Assembly: GCF_964204645.1 (NCBI RefSeq)
Contig: NC_134035.1
Location: forward strand, 11,006,451 to 11,070,450
DNA length: 64,000 nt
Origin: Tubulanus polymorphus
Taxonomy: Eukaryota; Animalia; Nemertea
Direction: 5' to 3'
The notes beneath the pieces were generated by a model that worked only from the letters and a program-made list of their open reading frames with translations, had not been told where the DNA came from and searched no databases. Below, piece by piece: positions 13,419 to 58,537 of this stretch. Every line of letters begins with the position of its first letter. The stretch's first letter is position 1. The translations under genes were made by a program, and so were the position numbers.

Positions 13419-14796
13419 CACTCTACCCCCCCCCCCCCATGCGCTATTCAAAGCATTACACACTCATAGGGATCAAGTGGCTCAATTTTCAAAAATAAAA
13501 ACCCCTTTAGAATGACCGACAACTGTAGAACCGAGTCCTGTGTTAGTTTCCTATTAATTACAATCCATGCACTCTTCACTGATACCATAGTCAATCGAAA
13601 TCTATTCCATCAAAAAATCATTAACAATTCATACCCATAATCAAAAATAAATAATTACAGCCCACAAACCAGACCCAGTTATCAACTAGTATTGTTCAGG
13701 TTTCGGTCGAATGAAACCGGCTGAAACTGGCACCCGACAGTCAGTCGATGAGACAAATACAGCTTATTAATTATTGTTTGATAATTGTAACATTCGTTAA
13801 GTACAATAAATATAAAAGAATACGAAAAATGTTAGCGACCATACTACCACCGCCACCTGGTGAGTAATTTTTGTTCTTCGAAGACTATAAAAACCCGGCG
13901 AAATATATGAATGCCACACGCGACACACAAGCTCAAAACAGTGTTCGATAAATAATAAATGCAAAATGAACTAATGACGAAAAAATAAATGATTCATATT
14001 CGTAATAATGCTTTTTCGAATCCCTAAGAGCGCTTGTGTGTGTAACCTACTACAACTAAGTTGTGACCCTTAGAAAAATTGCGTCGATAGAACGAGTTTA
14101 AGTGGACTATGAAGTCGGCGGAAATGAATCTACTAAGGCCCTTCACGAAGAAGTCTTAATTTGAATACCTTAGCTGCGATATTATACGCATTAAGCATGG
14201 TTTCGCGTTTCAATCCGCTTACTGTAGTAAGGTTGTTTTTTCCATTTTGCCGACTTGATTCATAACTGTTCATATTCATAGTACATGAAATAAATACCGT
14301 GGAAACCCGCAGAGATATAATACCTACTAAAACACGATAATATCTAATATGATTCTAACACAGGTTTCGATTGGTTTCTACGGAGCCCGGAATACGGGCG
14401 TTGAATAAACTTAACCCGAGTGGGCAGGATGTGGGCGGAGCTAACTCAATTCATTTCTAATTCGGGTTAACCCCCCGCCTTAAAGATAATATCGGTCTGT
14501 AAACCGGCACCTGGAGTTCACAATCCGGAATATGTTCAATCGAAACCCGGCTAATTTGTACCTACGCAGCCACTATTCACTCATAAATCGATTGTTAATT
14601 TTTGACATTCTATGAATTGACATTCGTTGAAATAAGATTAAAACATTACACATACATTATTATCATTATTATACATATATAATTTTCATCACAAATTTTT
14701 TCCATTAAGCGTTCAAAAACAAAAAAATCTCCCATTTGGTAAAACTGTTCATTCGTCCACATCAATCATTTCGAAATGAAGATTTTTTAATTAGCA

Positions 14797-15043
14797 TTAA
14801 CCCTTTCAGTGCATTTACACCGCAGTACGGTGTATAAATCCGTGATGAACTTTGCTAGTGCACAGCACCCCGGTGTATCGATGCAATTAGTTATTAGTTT
14901 TTATATCTCAAATAAAAGATGGCAGCACGAGTCAAACACGGTTGAATATTAAAAACTAACACACTGGGGTGGAATTTTCTAAAATTTCAAAAAAAAATCT
15001 CCAGCACTTTTGGGTATTAACTAGTAGGCACTGAAAGGCTTAA
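14797..15043. mobile_element. piggyBac-like MITE family C (TTAA target, TIR CCCTTTCAGTGC)
   Basis: ttaa-ccctttcagtgc ... gcactgaaaggc-ttaa. Second full copy at 47037-47316; fragments at ~5627-5770 and 24868-24968. Confidence 0.8.
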
Positions 15044-15863
15044 ATGCGAATAAGACGCTTTTTACGTCCTCGAATCAAGATTTCATTGTAGTTAAAACCA
15101 AAACTAGCAGCTGCGCATGCACGATAAAAATAATAGCGCTCTCAAAGTGTGAATACGTTAACATAGTGACTAGAAATGAATTTATATATATATATATATA
15201 TTTACACATATAATAAAATAATCAACTGATGATAATTAAGAATGAATGGCAAATGGCAAACTGCTACTATTGATATAATATTCTCTAATGAGCAGTTCGA
15301 ATGCTTTAAAGCACACACACACACACATTTCATCATCGTTATTTCGTTAATACACGCGAAACGACGACGATATAGTTCGCATAAAATACACGTACAAAAC
15401 ATATTTCGTAATGAACTAGTCGTTTGTTAGTCGTTAAACCTCGCCTGGGTTATGTTAAAACTCTGATTACGCCATTGAGCGAAGGAAACCAACCAATAGC
15501 AGCAACTCAGGATCCAGTTCCAACCTAGTATGATTCATGGAAATAATACAAATTGTTCAGGAGTAATTCAAAAAAGTGTTCAAGTCAACTGTTCCATTAA
15601 AAGTCAATACTTAAGTTGAAATACAATTAAACCTATAGATTTCTTGCTACCAGGGCCTGGTTCTATAGTCATGGCTTAGACGTAAGAAATTGTCTCCAGA
15701 ACCAAGTCGATATTATAATAATACCAACTCGGTTCTAAAGCCAATTTAACAACTTAAGACTAATTTTTAGATTCAAGACTATCTTTTTAGTCCCAACTTA
15801 GGAACTGGCCCCATATGTTGATTGGCAAAAACATGACAGACCCCTCGAAGTTGGTAAATCCCC

Positions 15864-16003
15864 TGGGGCCAGTTGCACAGTCATGACTTAAGTCAAAAAG
15901 TGGTCTGAAATCTTAAGACTGGTCTTAAATTGTTAGATTGGCTATAGAACTAAGTTGGTCTTAGACTGGTCTTGAGTCTAAGCCATGACTATGCAACCGG
16001 CCC
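15864..16003. mobile_element. MITE family B (~140 bp, GGGCCAGTTGCA termini)
   Basis: ggggccagttgcacagtcatg...catgactatgcaaccggccc. Reverse copy at 41250-41390; degenerate copies at 9671-9805, 15652-15812 and 44872-44997. Confidence 0.8.
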
Positions 16004-19000
16004 GGCCCCTGATCATCTTTTGTTTATACGTATGACAACTATGACATCACATGATGCAAGACTTCTATATGCACGCGTACAAAGCACGGGCAAAATGACA
16101 GCGACTGGAACCCGAGTTGTTTGTCATGAAACTGTCCATAAAAACTGTAACCAGTAGTAACCTAGTTTATCTCGATAATATAAATAAGCGATATCATTCG
16201 TTTAGAGACTCAAAATTTCGAAACATTCGTACGACGCAAATTTTCTTTTTCCTTTTTCAAAAACGGTAATAGTTTCGACAAATGAAGTAAAGTTCATACA
16301 CGTAGATTATCTATTAAATCCCTGATAAAATTTTGCACGCGCGCGCGCGCACGTAGTAAAAATCGACCGCCACATCGAAACGAGGATACGTCTTATCCCT
16401 GAATAGTGAACGACTATTAGAATTCTAGAATTTCTTTAAAATATTCGATTTACCTGATTATATCGCGGTGTGCAGATTTCTTTTTCTCCGGTGCATCGAT
16501 TCATTAGAAAGCCTCTATTTTAAAGATGTAGCACGTCAATCATATACATTTACATCGCATAGTTTATATGTATTATACATATATATATATATATATAGCT
16601 CTTGAGATCAATATTATAAGTTATATCAATATCTATATAATGAAGAGACGACCGAAACCCACTACACTAAACCAGCCGTGTTAGCTAAAACGAAATAAAC
16701 TTTTCACTACATTTCGGCATATACATCGAGAAAGAAAATGAATATACCACATTCGCGAACGAACGAATTTTCTCGGGTTTTTTTCTCCTAGTATATATTG
16801 TAAGAAAGCACATTCTGGCCGCGGTCGATTTTTCCGCCACGTATTACGAGAAAGTTGAACAATGTGCCACCAGCCAGCGGTCCAGCACGATTGTACACCC
16901 ATCTAAATAAGCTAGCTAACCGTCTTCGATAATTACAAAACGGACCTGATCATCGTCCGCGAATTCTCGATTAATGAATGAGAACGACAAAAACAACCTA
17001 CCTCTACTTTGATTGATAATTTAAAAGTTTTTTTCATCAAGAGAGGACCACAGCAATCCAACTACATATAGACACAACGCACCATATAACATTAACTTTT
17101 AAAATGATCGATAATAAATAATAATAATAATAATAATAATAATAGATACCATACACTTATACTAATGATAATAATCATAATAATTATTATATCAATACCC
17201 GATAAACGATAATAATGACGATTGAGTATAATGAAGACACGTAGCTTACAAGATCGATATCAATACTCAAACAACACATCTTCGGAGAGAATTCGGAGAA
17301 GAAAAAAAAACAATCAGCCATCGACGTCTTAAAACATCTATGAGAATAAATATATATATTCCACCAGTGAGATACGTACGTACATACATCGGTTTGGAAG
17401 TGGTGAGTAAATAACTCGATGATAGGAAGAATTCGGTTTTTTTTTTAAATATACGAACCACAGTCGCGTAGGTTTAGATTCGATTTTACCCTTACGCGAT
17501 TTACATATCGTTATATATAATAGAACACAACAGCTGCTGATTGATATAGAGAACAGGTCGATTCATCGAATCATCTACGGTATTCGAGTTGATCGGCGCT
17601 GTCTAACGCGCGCGAAATCTGACGAATCGCAAAATTTTCCGATAAATGCGCATCAATTTTGATATAATTCAGCAATTTTTCAATATGCATCAATATGCCG
17701 TACATTGTAACATTTAAATGAACAACTTCTCTTTTCACCTACTGCCTGAATGCCGCCATGGCTTACATCGACAATTTTAATTCGAAGCGCGTCCTATAGG
17801 TGGCGACGATGACAATTCCATACAGTAGACACGTAGTATGTAATATAGGAGTTTAATACTTAACATTAATGTTGATAATAATGTTGATAATAACAGAGAC
17901 TAATTTAACTTCATTATCGAATACGGAGTTATACGAATTTAACTGTTAGTTATAAATTCTTACCGACGTTACATAGCTACGAAGATCATATACGTACATA
18001 GATATTAGAGAACTCGATTTAATTTTTACTACAATAGCGGTTGATGTTTTTTTTGTTGTAACGTTTGAAGGTGCTTTTTGTCCGATTATTGTTCTTTTAC
18101 GATATGAATGATACGGAGGAGATAAATACGTTAGTGACAGTAAACACCGAAGATGTATATATGGTATAAACTGACGATGGAAGGTTACAGCAGTATATGC
18201 GCGAGACGACATCGTTCAACACCGTTTCTACTCTTACCATCGAAAACTATCCTCGCCCCTTAGCTACCCGAAGATACTAGTTAACTAAGACACGTATCGA
18301 TAGGTCTGATCGTAGAATACTACACTTATTCACTCTACCTATTCTGGAATAGTATAAAACTGTAAACCTGATAGAAGCGGCCGGTAGAGAGTTTTTTAAT
18401 CAGGTGTTTATATTTTTAAACCGGAATACGCAGTCGAAACTTATTTTTCTTCCTATGCCCAACATGGCGGAAAATATAGATTATATAACAAGCACTGTTG
18501 ATGATTTTCAGCGATAGTTCTCATTTTCAGCGATATCGATGTTACACAGTAGTTACCTGTTCAAATTTGACTAAAAATAGATAATTAAACGGATTCAGTC
18601 AAAAAACTATGAAAGTACGATTAATCTTTTAAGCAGAAACTTTCTTCCCGAACGAAGCCACGTAATCAAATTCCTAGCATCATTTCAAAACTTCTATCTA
18701 CTCGCCGACATAAATACGTAACTATACATAACCAGTAATCACACAACAAACACCTAATACATACTATTAGAAATCTAGAACTACCGATGAACACGAAACT
18801 GAAGGTTTCACTCTCCATTTTCAAAACGGGATATGGATAGAAAAATAATAATTCGAAGACCAGATAGAGTATAGCTACATCGGAAAATCCTAATTGTGAC
18901 CATTGCTGTTGTCATGTTTATATGTTTAAAGGAGGCGGCGTCGGTCGTTTTCCAGCCAAAAATACATCTTATATCACGTTAATAACGACACGAAACACAT

Positions 19001-19031
19001 GAATTATTGCATCATTTTTATATAAAGAGAG

Positions 19032-19063
<32 letters not shown>

Positions 19064-22000
19064 GAACATACATGTATATAAAAAGCCGATGTGCGAAGAT
19101 TGTCTGCTTAATTGAATTCACCGTTACGAACTCGTTACGTGAGATTATATAGATGAACGCGCGTTAATTCGAATATCGATCAAGGACCGTCTCATCGCCA
19201 CATTTCATCTTCGTTCTTCTCATCGTTAAATCGAGCGGCGAGCGCCGGCCGATCAGTTCCGAACCCGTCCCCTGCGTACACACATCCGCGCGCGCGCTCG
19301 CATCGTGTGAGAATAATAATAATAATACATTTAATACTTTTCTAGCCCCGAAAAATCTAGATTATACAAAAATACATATCATTATATCACTATTATTATT
19401 ATTATTATTATTAATATCAATATAATGATAATAATTTATACATACATATATATATATATATTTTAGACACTCACTCGGTAAACATTAAAACACCCCGAAC
19501 ACACGACATTCATTAGTGAAAGTGCTTCGTTTATATGAAATCTATGAATGCGATGTGTGCGCAGTAAGACACATCTAGTGCAGTTATAATAATGACTTAT
19601 CTAAACGCTTGCCCAGCAAGGTCCTCATTTAAACGCATTAACTACGCTCTACTGCTCTACTACGCCTACCAGTTACCTCATAGGGCCCGGTTTATAAAAA
19701 GTTCAAATCTGCACGATCGATTCAACTTAAACGGATGACGCTAATATTGTCCCGAGCTTTCGCATAGGGCCCCTAAAATAATGAATAGTTTTCCCACAAC
19801 CGACTACCGTAGGCCAGTTGCTCAAAGCTTCGTTAACCAGCAGATAAAATAGCCCAGTACCGTCACTATGTCAACTATCCACCGGTTAACTCTGAGCCCC
19901 TTGTATTTCTATCTATAGTAATTTTCACCACAAATAAAAGAATAATTCGACACTATAAATGGTCGGTTAATTGATTACAAACTAGAAACGATCCAGATTT
20001 TCAGAGCATTTCCATATCAAAAGAATACTCTAAAAAAAATCCGATTTTCCCATGAAATAATATTGTTTATCGCCAAAACCGTAAATGCACCTTTTCTCCG
20101 CATCGGTGACTATCAAAACGAACGACAGGATAAAATAAATCCCCCGACCAAAAATTCGAATAACTTTCCCGGCCGAGATTGACCATCACCGATTCATAAT
20201 CGTTACTTTCAGTTTGCGCGCGCAGTTTCATTTCGCTGATTAATTCTAAGAAACAATTCTTACTGTTGATGAATATTTACACATATACAAACACGTCTAT
20301 AATACACATGTAAATCGTTCTTTGAGAACGTTTTCAATTAATGATGACTATTATATAATTTTAACCGTTGCGATTTCTTCTCAGACCGAATATGACTGAT
20401 TTTGGTTTTGATTTCGAACTGTACAGTTTTCATGGAGCCGTGCGCTGAAATCGGTAATGAATTGAATTGATTTTGATCTTTCTTCTCAAAGAACGGAAAA
20501 AATTTTTCCCACTTCCCCAGTCCGCATTAATCATCCTTGAAATAGGATTATTTCAGAAGAGATCACCGACGCCTTCGTTACCAATTCCCCGTCTAGCCAT
20601 TTCATATATTCATACCATCATACCGCTTTTAAATCTACTCATAATTAATACCGTTTTCTTTGATTGGGATAATATCATTCGAAGACTCGCCGATTATGAC
20701 AGGTTTCATAATAGTTACGACTAAGATAATCATACCACATTATTCACAATTCCGATCTATTAGGCGTAAGCTGACGCCAATAAATATTCTCAATATCCGC
20801 CATAATTTGAATAGAAACGGCTGATTATCTCTCGATTACAGTTCAAACAATATCGGCAGGAATTGAGGCATCAGCATTAATTTCTTGTTTTCATACATAG
20901 ATGAAGCCAGCATACCTACGACTATGGGATGATTTGTTGAACGCGCTTCATTTACCCACAAATCAGAAACAAACATTTCTTATAACCGACACACTGCAGA
21001 ATATATATATATATCTGCATTTTTAACTTGATCATAATTTTCTCCATTTTTGATTAGCTTCCATTTATATTTTCCGACCAACCATATCCAAAGAAGGACT
21101 CTTCTGAAAGGAGGTACCGGCACTGCTACTGCGGCAAGTGAGGATTTCACGACGATCTATCACATTCGCCAGTGGTTACCGAGTTAAATTCAAATCAAAG
21201 CCTCGATCATTTTAAAATCTCATACACGTACACAAAGTAGCCGGTGAACATATCTTCATTAGTTTAGCACATCAAACACTGATTATAAACACCACAATTC
21301 TAACCCATATACGAAGCTAGTTGCACGACCTTCAAAAACACACAAACAATAATCATAATAATAATCATAATAATCATTCGCTATTGTTGACTAACTACGA
21401 GTTAAAAATATATATATATATATTTATATGCGTATATCATTGTATTATATAATGAATTTCTCTACATATTACCCCTTAAGCCACTGAACTAATACACGTA
21501 CACCTAAACAAACCACCGTATTGTATAATGAACAGAGACCAACGAATGCTACGATTAACAGAATGCTATATTAAGAAAACGCGACCTACGTGAAATGAAA
21601 AAACAGATCGATCGGAGAATTTTATCATCGTATCATCGATGAACGTGTGACTCGCGCAAAATGAAACGGATTACGGAACGTTAAGGTTTACGGCCCCCAA
21701 AACGCCGCACTATTCAAAAACATTTTCGTTTAGGACAAGATAAGAATTTGTGAAAATGAAGCAGCATTCTTGTCATGGACGGAAGGCCGGGAGAAAAATC
21801 GATTTTGCAAGTTGACTTCATCGGGGGCAGGAGCAGTAACTGGGACAGCTTTTGCGCATTAATCTATCTATTGTTCTTTGAAAAAAAGGTAGGAAAAAAA
21901 TCTCCATATATTTTGCACGAGTCAATTACATCCTGCAAGTTATCGGTCAAAAGGTTGACGGATGATACTCCTGTTCAACAAGCATCCCATAGTCATTTAT

Positions 22001-22120
22001 CAACCTAAAATCTATCTATGAAAGCAGAATTTTCAGTTATCTTATGTGGTACAGCAGACTTCAACGGCACGAGCCAAATTTACTGTTATAGAACTTAGAG
22101 AAACATTACTGTTATCAGAT

Positions 22121-22388
22121 CATCCTCCCTCGGCGAGGATTCAAACCTAATAGCATCATGAAACTTCGCGAGCCAGCCAGTGCGTGCTTAGGCATGTCAT
22201 CATTCGCCAATCAGAAATCACGTAATCATTTTAACCATGGTTAGCCTATCAATGAATAAGCACAAGATTATACAACAGGTATTCCGATTGGTACTGCACA
22301 TTTTTGTACGGCTAAGCTGCGCACGCTCGGGCCTAATCAGACAGGGCTCGTGATGCCATCAGGTTCGCATGCCCGCCCAGGGAGGATG
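22121..22388. mobile_element. Foldback/long-TIR element (CATCCTC...GAGGATG)
   Basis: catcctccctcggcgaggattcaaacctaatagcatcatga pairs with tcgtgatgccatcaggttcgcatgcccgcccagggaggatg. Same 7-bp termini as 13073-13418. Confidence 0.75.
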
Positions 22389-24099
22389 TGTATTGCTATA
22401 AACATCATCATCTTTATAATAAAATAAATCAGGAGAGACAAACAGGTTTTCAAATAGCACCACCAGATTTGCTTTTTTTATCTACAATTTTCAATCTGTT
22501 CAAAATGGAAATGGATTCCTCGCGTATTACGCATATATATATATATATAGTTATTCGAAAGACTTAGTTTTCTTAGACAGCGCCGGGCCACGAAATGAGA
22601 TAGATCACAAGAATAGTTCATTAACCCTTCGCGTCACGAATAATTCCGACACGCGAGTCCGTGACGCGTAACCGCGTTTTAAAACATTTCAATGCCGACT
22701 ACGACGAATTATTAGACGTAAAATGAAATCGTACGCCCGAAAAGGTAAACACTACATTAACACAAACCCGATCGAGGCGATATACGATAGAACGAACGCT
22801 TGAATACACTTCGATAAATAACTTATACATAATAAGTAGTGTTAGTAATAATATTAATCATAGTAATAATAATAATAATAATAATAATACACTTGGGACC
22901 AATTATATTCCATTTAAGAGCCTGAAGGGATATACGTATCATGCAAACGTTATCAATGAATATTTAAAACATTATCCAGGTACATCTTCTCGTATAAGAA
23001 TCAATAATACATATACCATTAATAATAATAATATCTATAAAGCAATCATTGACAATCGGTCTACTAACATATCACCACTTAGTATTCTAGTAAATGCAAT
23101 GCGATGTATTAATCGAATAGTAATTATGATAGTTATAATAATGATAATTATAATCGTGATATTATCATTGAAAAACAGCGGCGTGTTTCTTTTTCTTAAG
23201 ACATCGTTCGAATTATCGACGTATAAGGAATAATAATAATAATAATCATAATCATAAAATACCTCGGATAAAAATATCTTTATAGCCATTAAAACATAGC
23301 ATGCCGCACACACAACGCGATGATCAATAATTGAAAGGTTCATAGGCTTAAAGCGCAGAAATACGTTAATATTAAGAAAATAATTGACACACTAAAGTGG
23401 AAGCTAAAAACGACGTAAACTTCAAACCGACAAAAAGAAAGAAAAAAAGAAAACGCTTTCGTAAGTAAAACAGAGGCATCGATTATATCATATGAAATAA
23501 GTAAAACTATAACGCCAACGAACGAACAATTGCCGATTACCCAAACTATGTTTATATCATATCTAATTTATAGTTTCCACTCTTATTTTAAACGTTTGCC
23601 AGATTTTTACAGCTTTCTTGCGGGTTTTGAATCGTTAATGAAGGAGGAAGCAAAACGCAGTTCGCAGCAGCTTGCCGTACGTGCGTTATACGTAAGCGAT
23701 ATATTTGTTTCCGCTCGATACTCAGCCGGTCGAGAAAAATACGGCTTCGAAAAGTGCTCAATTTTCACACCGCATCAAAAAACAAACACACACAGTGCAC
23801 CACCACCACCACCATTACTACTGCAAGTGTCATGGCCACATGTTAAAATACACACACACAAAATATATAGTGATATATATAATACATGAATGAACAGGCG
23901 TTGAGGCCAGTTTTGCGTAAAATGTGCATAAGAAATGCTCGCACCCGCAGCGTACAACAGCTCCACGTGAAAAAATTTAAAACATATCATTCCGCGAGAT
24001 CGACGATCACAGCCGCGTCGTTCGTAGACGAATTTTTTCTCAAATCATCGTCATCATCGTATTCGTATTCGGCTTGCCGACGACGCCGACGACGTTGCG

Positions 24100-54932
<30,833 letters not shown>

Positions 54933-55514
54933 TTATAACCAGCAACATCATAGGCCTATATCTATAAATACGAAGGTTCATTGTGATCGATTTAACTCAG
55001 TGCCTATCAACAACTTTTGAGCCCAAATCTCAAGATTTCACTATTATAGTCAAAGTTTCTAATTGCAATGAATACAACTGATTTATATTCAGAATATAAA
55101 TCAGTTGATCACTATATCCATCACAAGACAATAAGAGTAAATTCCACAATATTTTCTAATATGGCCAACATACACAGTCTGGTGGTGTATCAATCGCTGA
55201 CTTCACTTCTATGGTCAATGTTCCTAATTGCAAAATTCTCAAAATTGGAAGAGTTTTCGGTATTTTGCTCATAAAGGAGTTTGAAGGCAGCACCTTGTGC
55301 TTTAAAAACACTCTTGGTCTACGGAAGTTGTTTTCAACCGATCAAGGAGTTGTAGGGACTCTGCTACAAATTCTTAAATTGCTTTGATCATGTTTGAACA
55401 GGCCAAAGTGCGAGACCTACACTATTCAAAACACTGCACCGCCAAATTTAAGAAATCACATTGAATTGCAGGACTTTCTCCACTTTAACACCAACTACAC
55501 AACTGAATAAACCC

Positions 55515-55830
55515 TCCTTGTCCGGTTACTGACTAAACCTCGCACTGGTTTGTGAACAAACCAGGTTACATAATCCCAATCCAGACTAGTTGGCTTTACT
55601 CTACTGAATATACTTAGCCAAAACTGACTTAAACTATAGTCCGGTTACTGACTAAACACATAGTCCGGTGTGTGAATGAACCAGGTTACATAATAATCGC
55701 AATCCAGACCAGTTGGCCTTACTCTACCTACTATACTTAGCCAAAACTGACTAAAACTGTAGTCGTCCAGTTATTTTGACTAAACCAGTCCATAGTCCGG
55801 TCCAGGTGATGACTAATCCACCACAGTCCA
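55515..55830. repeat. Degenerate tandem repeat (agtcc(a/g)gttactgactaaac motif) including a ~120 bp tandem duplication
   Basis: gtccggttactgactaaac...ccaggttacataat...atacttagccaaaactgact occurs twice. The same motif family is at 62005-62310. Confidence 0.75.
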
Positions 55831-58537
55831 GGCGGGATACCAAAGTATAAACAGTTCTACTAATTAATTAATCAACGTCATGTCGTCAAAATCCCCCCTC
55901 GTAAGTCCAGTAATCAGAAAGCTCATTATTATCACAAAAGCTATCGATAACCATGAATGAATTAGAAACAGGGAATGAGAATCGCGAACACGAAACAAAC
56001 ATGCTGAATCAGGAAATAAAATTCAAAACAATGAGAGCTGAGCAGAATCGAGACGTCGTCGGAACGTAGACAAACAAGATTAATAAACAGGGTTCCTTGA
56101 ATTCAACTACGTTTCACAAACCTGATCGTTTTCTCTTAGTCTTCTTCTTGTTTTGTTTCGATGCATGTATATATATTTATCCTCGGTACAAACCCCCGAA
56201 AAATATTTACACTAGAGGTTGAGGCTCCGGATCGAGCCGTACTAGACGCTTACAACATGTCTCTCTCTTCTCTCACTCTCTATTTTTCTCTCCTCGCTTC
56301 TCTTTCTGGGTAATGCGCGACGTAAGCATATTCGGAAACGGGCAGCAATCCAATCCAATTTAGACTTTATTATCAAAACCTTAACGCGGGCGTTCATCCC
56401 CGATAAAATTATTTGAATATTTAATGTATTATCCCTCTGAAAATACGGATGGTTCGATAAACTGAAACCACAGCGTTTCGGACGTTGACATGAACGGAGA
56501 AATTTCGTGAGTTGGGTGATTCTAAATTTTTAGATTCTATTTTCGACCCGTTAAAATGCCTTTCGGTTTTTTGGCTTTTAAATGGGGCAGAAAATAGATT
56601 ATTGTGCATTTTTCTATCAACTTCACGATCTCGCATCGGAGTAGAGCGTTTTTATCAATTCATCACCAGATATGGATAATCTCGATTCCCATTTTCCCCT
56701 ACGGTTCTAACATTCCAATGTTTGACGTCACGCGCTATCATAAGTTCCTGAATTTACCTAAAGGTGGCAGCATCGCCGATGTGCCCATTTAGTTACGATA
56801 TCGACCGATAGACGGCGAAACAATCTGGAGAAAATATGTAATAGACAAACGAATTAACCAAAGAACTTTAATTTATTCTGAACTAGGTCATATGATACAA
56901 GAGGATTAAATACTCCTGGCACTCTGTAAATAATCATTAACAAAAATTAGAAGTACTGAATTTCTGAGTCATGCAACGTAAAATTTATAAATGATCATAT
57001 TCCAAGCCCTTCACCTTTTACAAAATACGAAACTGACTATTTTTCAAGCAAGGGAATAATTCAGTATTCAAAACAGATGAATTTTGCATGAAAATTATCT
57101 CATAATCCATGACAGAATTGTGATTATTTGAAAAACTAATTTTGAACACAAATATTCCAACTCAAAAGCTGATTCCAAACAATTAAGCTTTGAGTTACAT
57201 CATTCGGTATCACGAGTATTTTCAGAATAAAGAGTTTAAATGAAACTGAGTTTATTTAAGCATTCTTGCAGACGAACAACTCACCATAGAAGCGAGTTGA
57301 TCGGACTCATTTAACAACTTGATATTTCAACCATTGTTCCTAGAATTTTTAGACCGATCAAAGGTTCCCTTTCCCAGGAACACGCTTTTTTTTCTAAGAA
57401 AGGAAAATTCATGAAACAAATTATTCCAAGAATGTTATCGCAAAATTCTTTTTTACAGCAAAATCATGGAACGCAAATGATACGAATATTCATAGTAGGT
57501 AATTATCGATAAAAGCAACAGAATAATCCAATAGGCTCTTGTAGATACCGAGCTGGAAATATTTTCAGCTTAAACATTTGTTGGACTTCGTAATTAGTAG
57601 ACAATACACATTTTTCAGGAATCGTCATGCAAGATTGTTCTACACCACAACGAACACCCCCAGACGCGATTCTCGAACATCGTTCGAATTTGATAACCAC
57701 TGAAACCAAAGAATCGTTTAACTTTGCGCTATCAAATTTTCAATTATCTAGCAGGGTTCTCCACAAGAGGTTTTTGAGGTGTGGCCACACGTGCCATTTT
57801 ACATCCCAGCGTTCAGGGTCTACATTATGACATCGTGGCTGCTGAAGTAGCAAGGCTTCAATTCGCAAAAAATACAGACAATTTAAACTTAATTTTGGCG
57901 TAATCTTCTAATTTTCACATTAGCTCAATATACTTCAAAGTAATTATCAACATTGATAGTATATTGAAATCCACTCTGGTAGGGGCAGTATGCATTAATG
58001 AAAAGGGTGGCTGCCCATCTACAACCTTTAGTGGATAACACTGCATCCACCCCTAAACAGTCTGCTGCCCCTGTATATGAATTGATGTCACTGTTCTATC
58101 AATATTGATTATTGCTTTTTCCAGTAGTTAGTTACAGCGTAACAGCGGCAGATTGTACTGAAAATCAGCTTAATCTTCGATATTTTCGAGAAGAGACTTC
58201 AAATCCCCGACCCAAATCTTTAGCGTCCGTCGTCAACAACGTTATTCGAGGAAAGAATCAACGTAGCCCCCCCCCCCCCAGAAAAACCAGCGTACGGAGA
58301 ACACCGCATTTCGAAAAATCGTATAACGACGGAAAGCTGTTTATTCAGTTTCGATCGCAGCACAGATATCTTGTTCGGAAAAACCGCAGGACGCGCCGTT
58401 CATCAAATAGATTCTCGTTTTCCGGCGTCAATTCGAGGAGAAATTCACGACGTTCCGCCGCCGTATTCCCATCGAGTAGAATCCGGATTTTCATATTTAT
58501 TAAAAGACGACGTTATCAAACGAGGGCCGCGCGGTGC

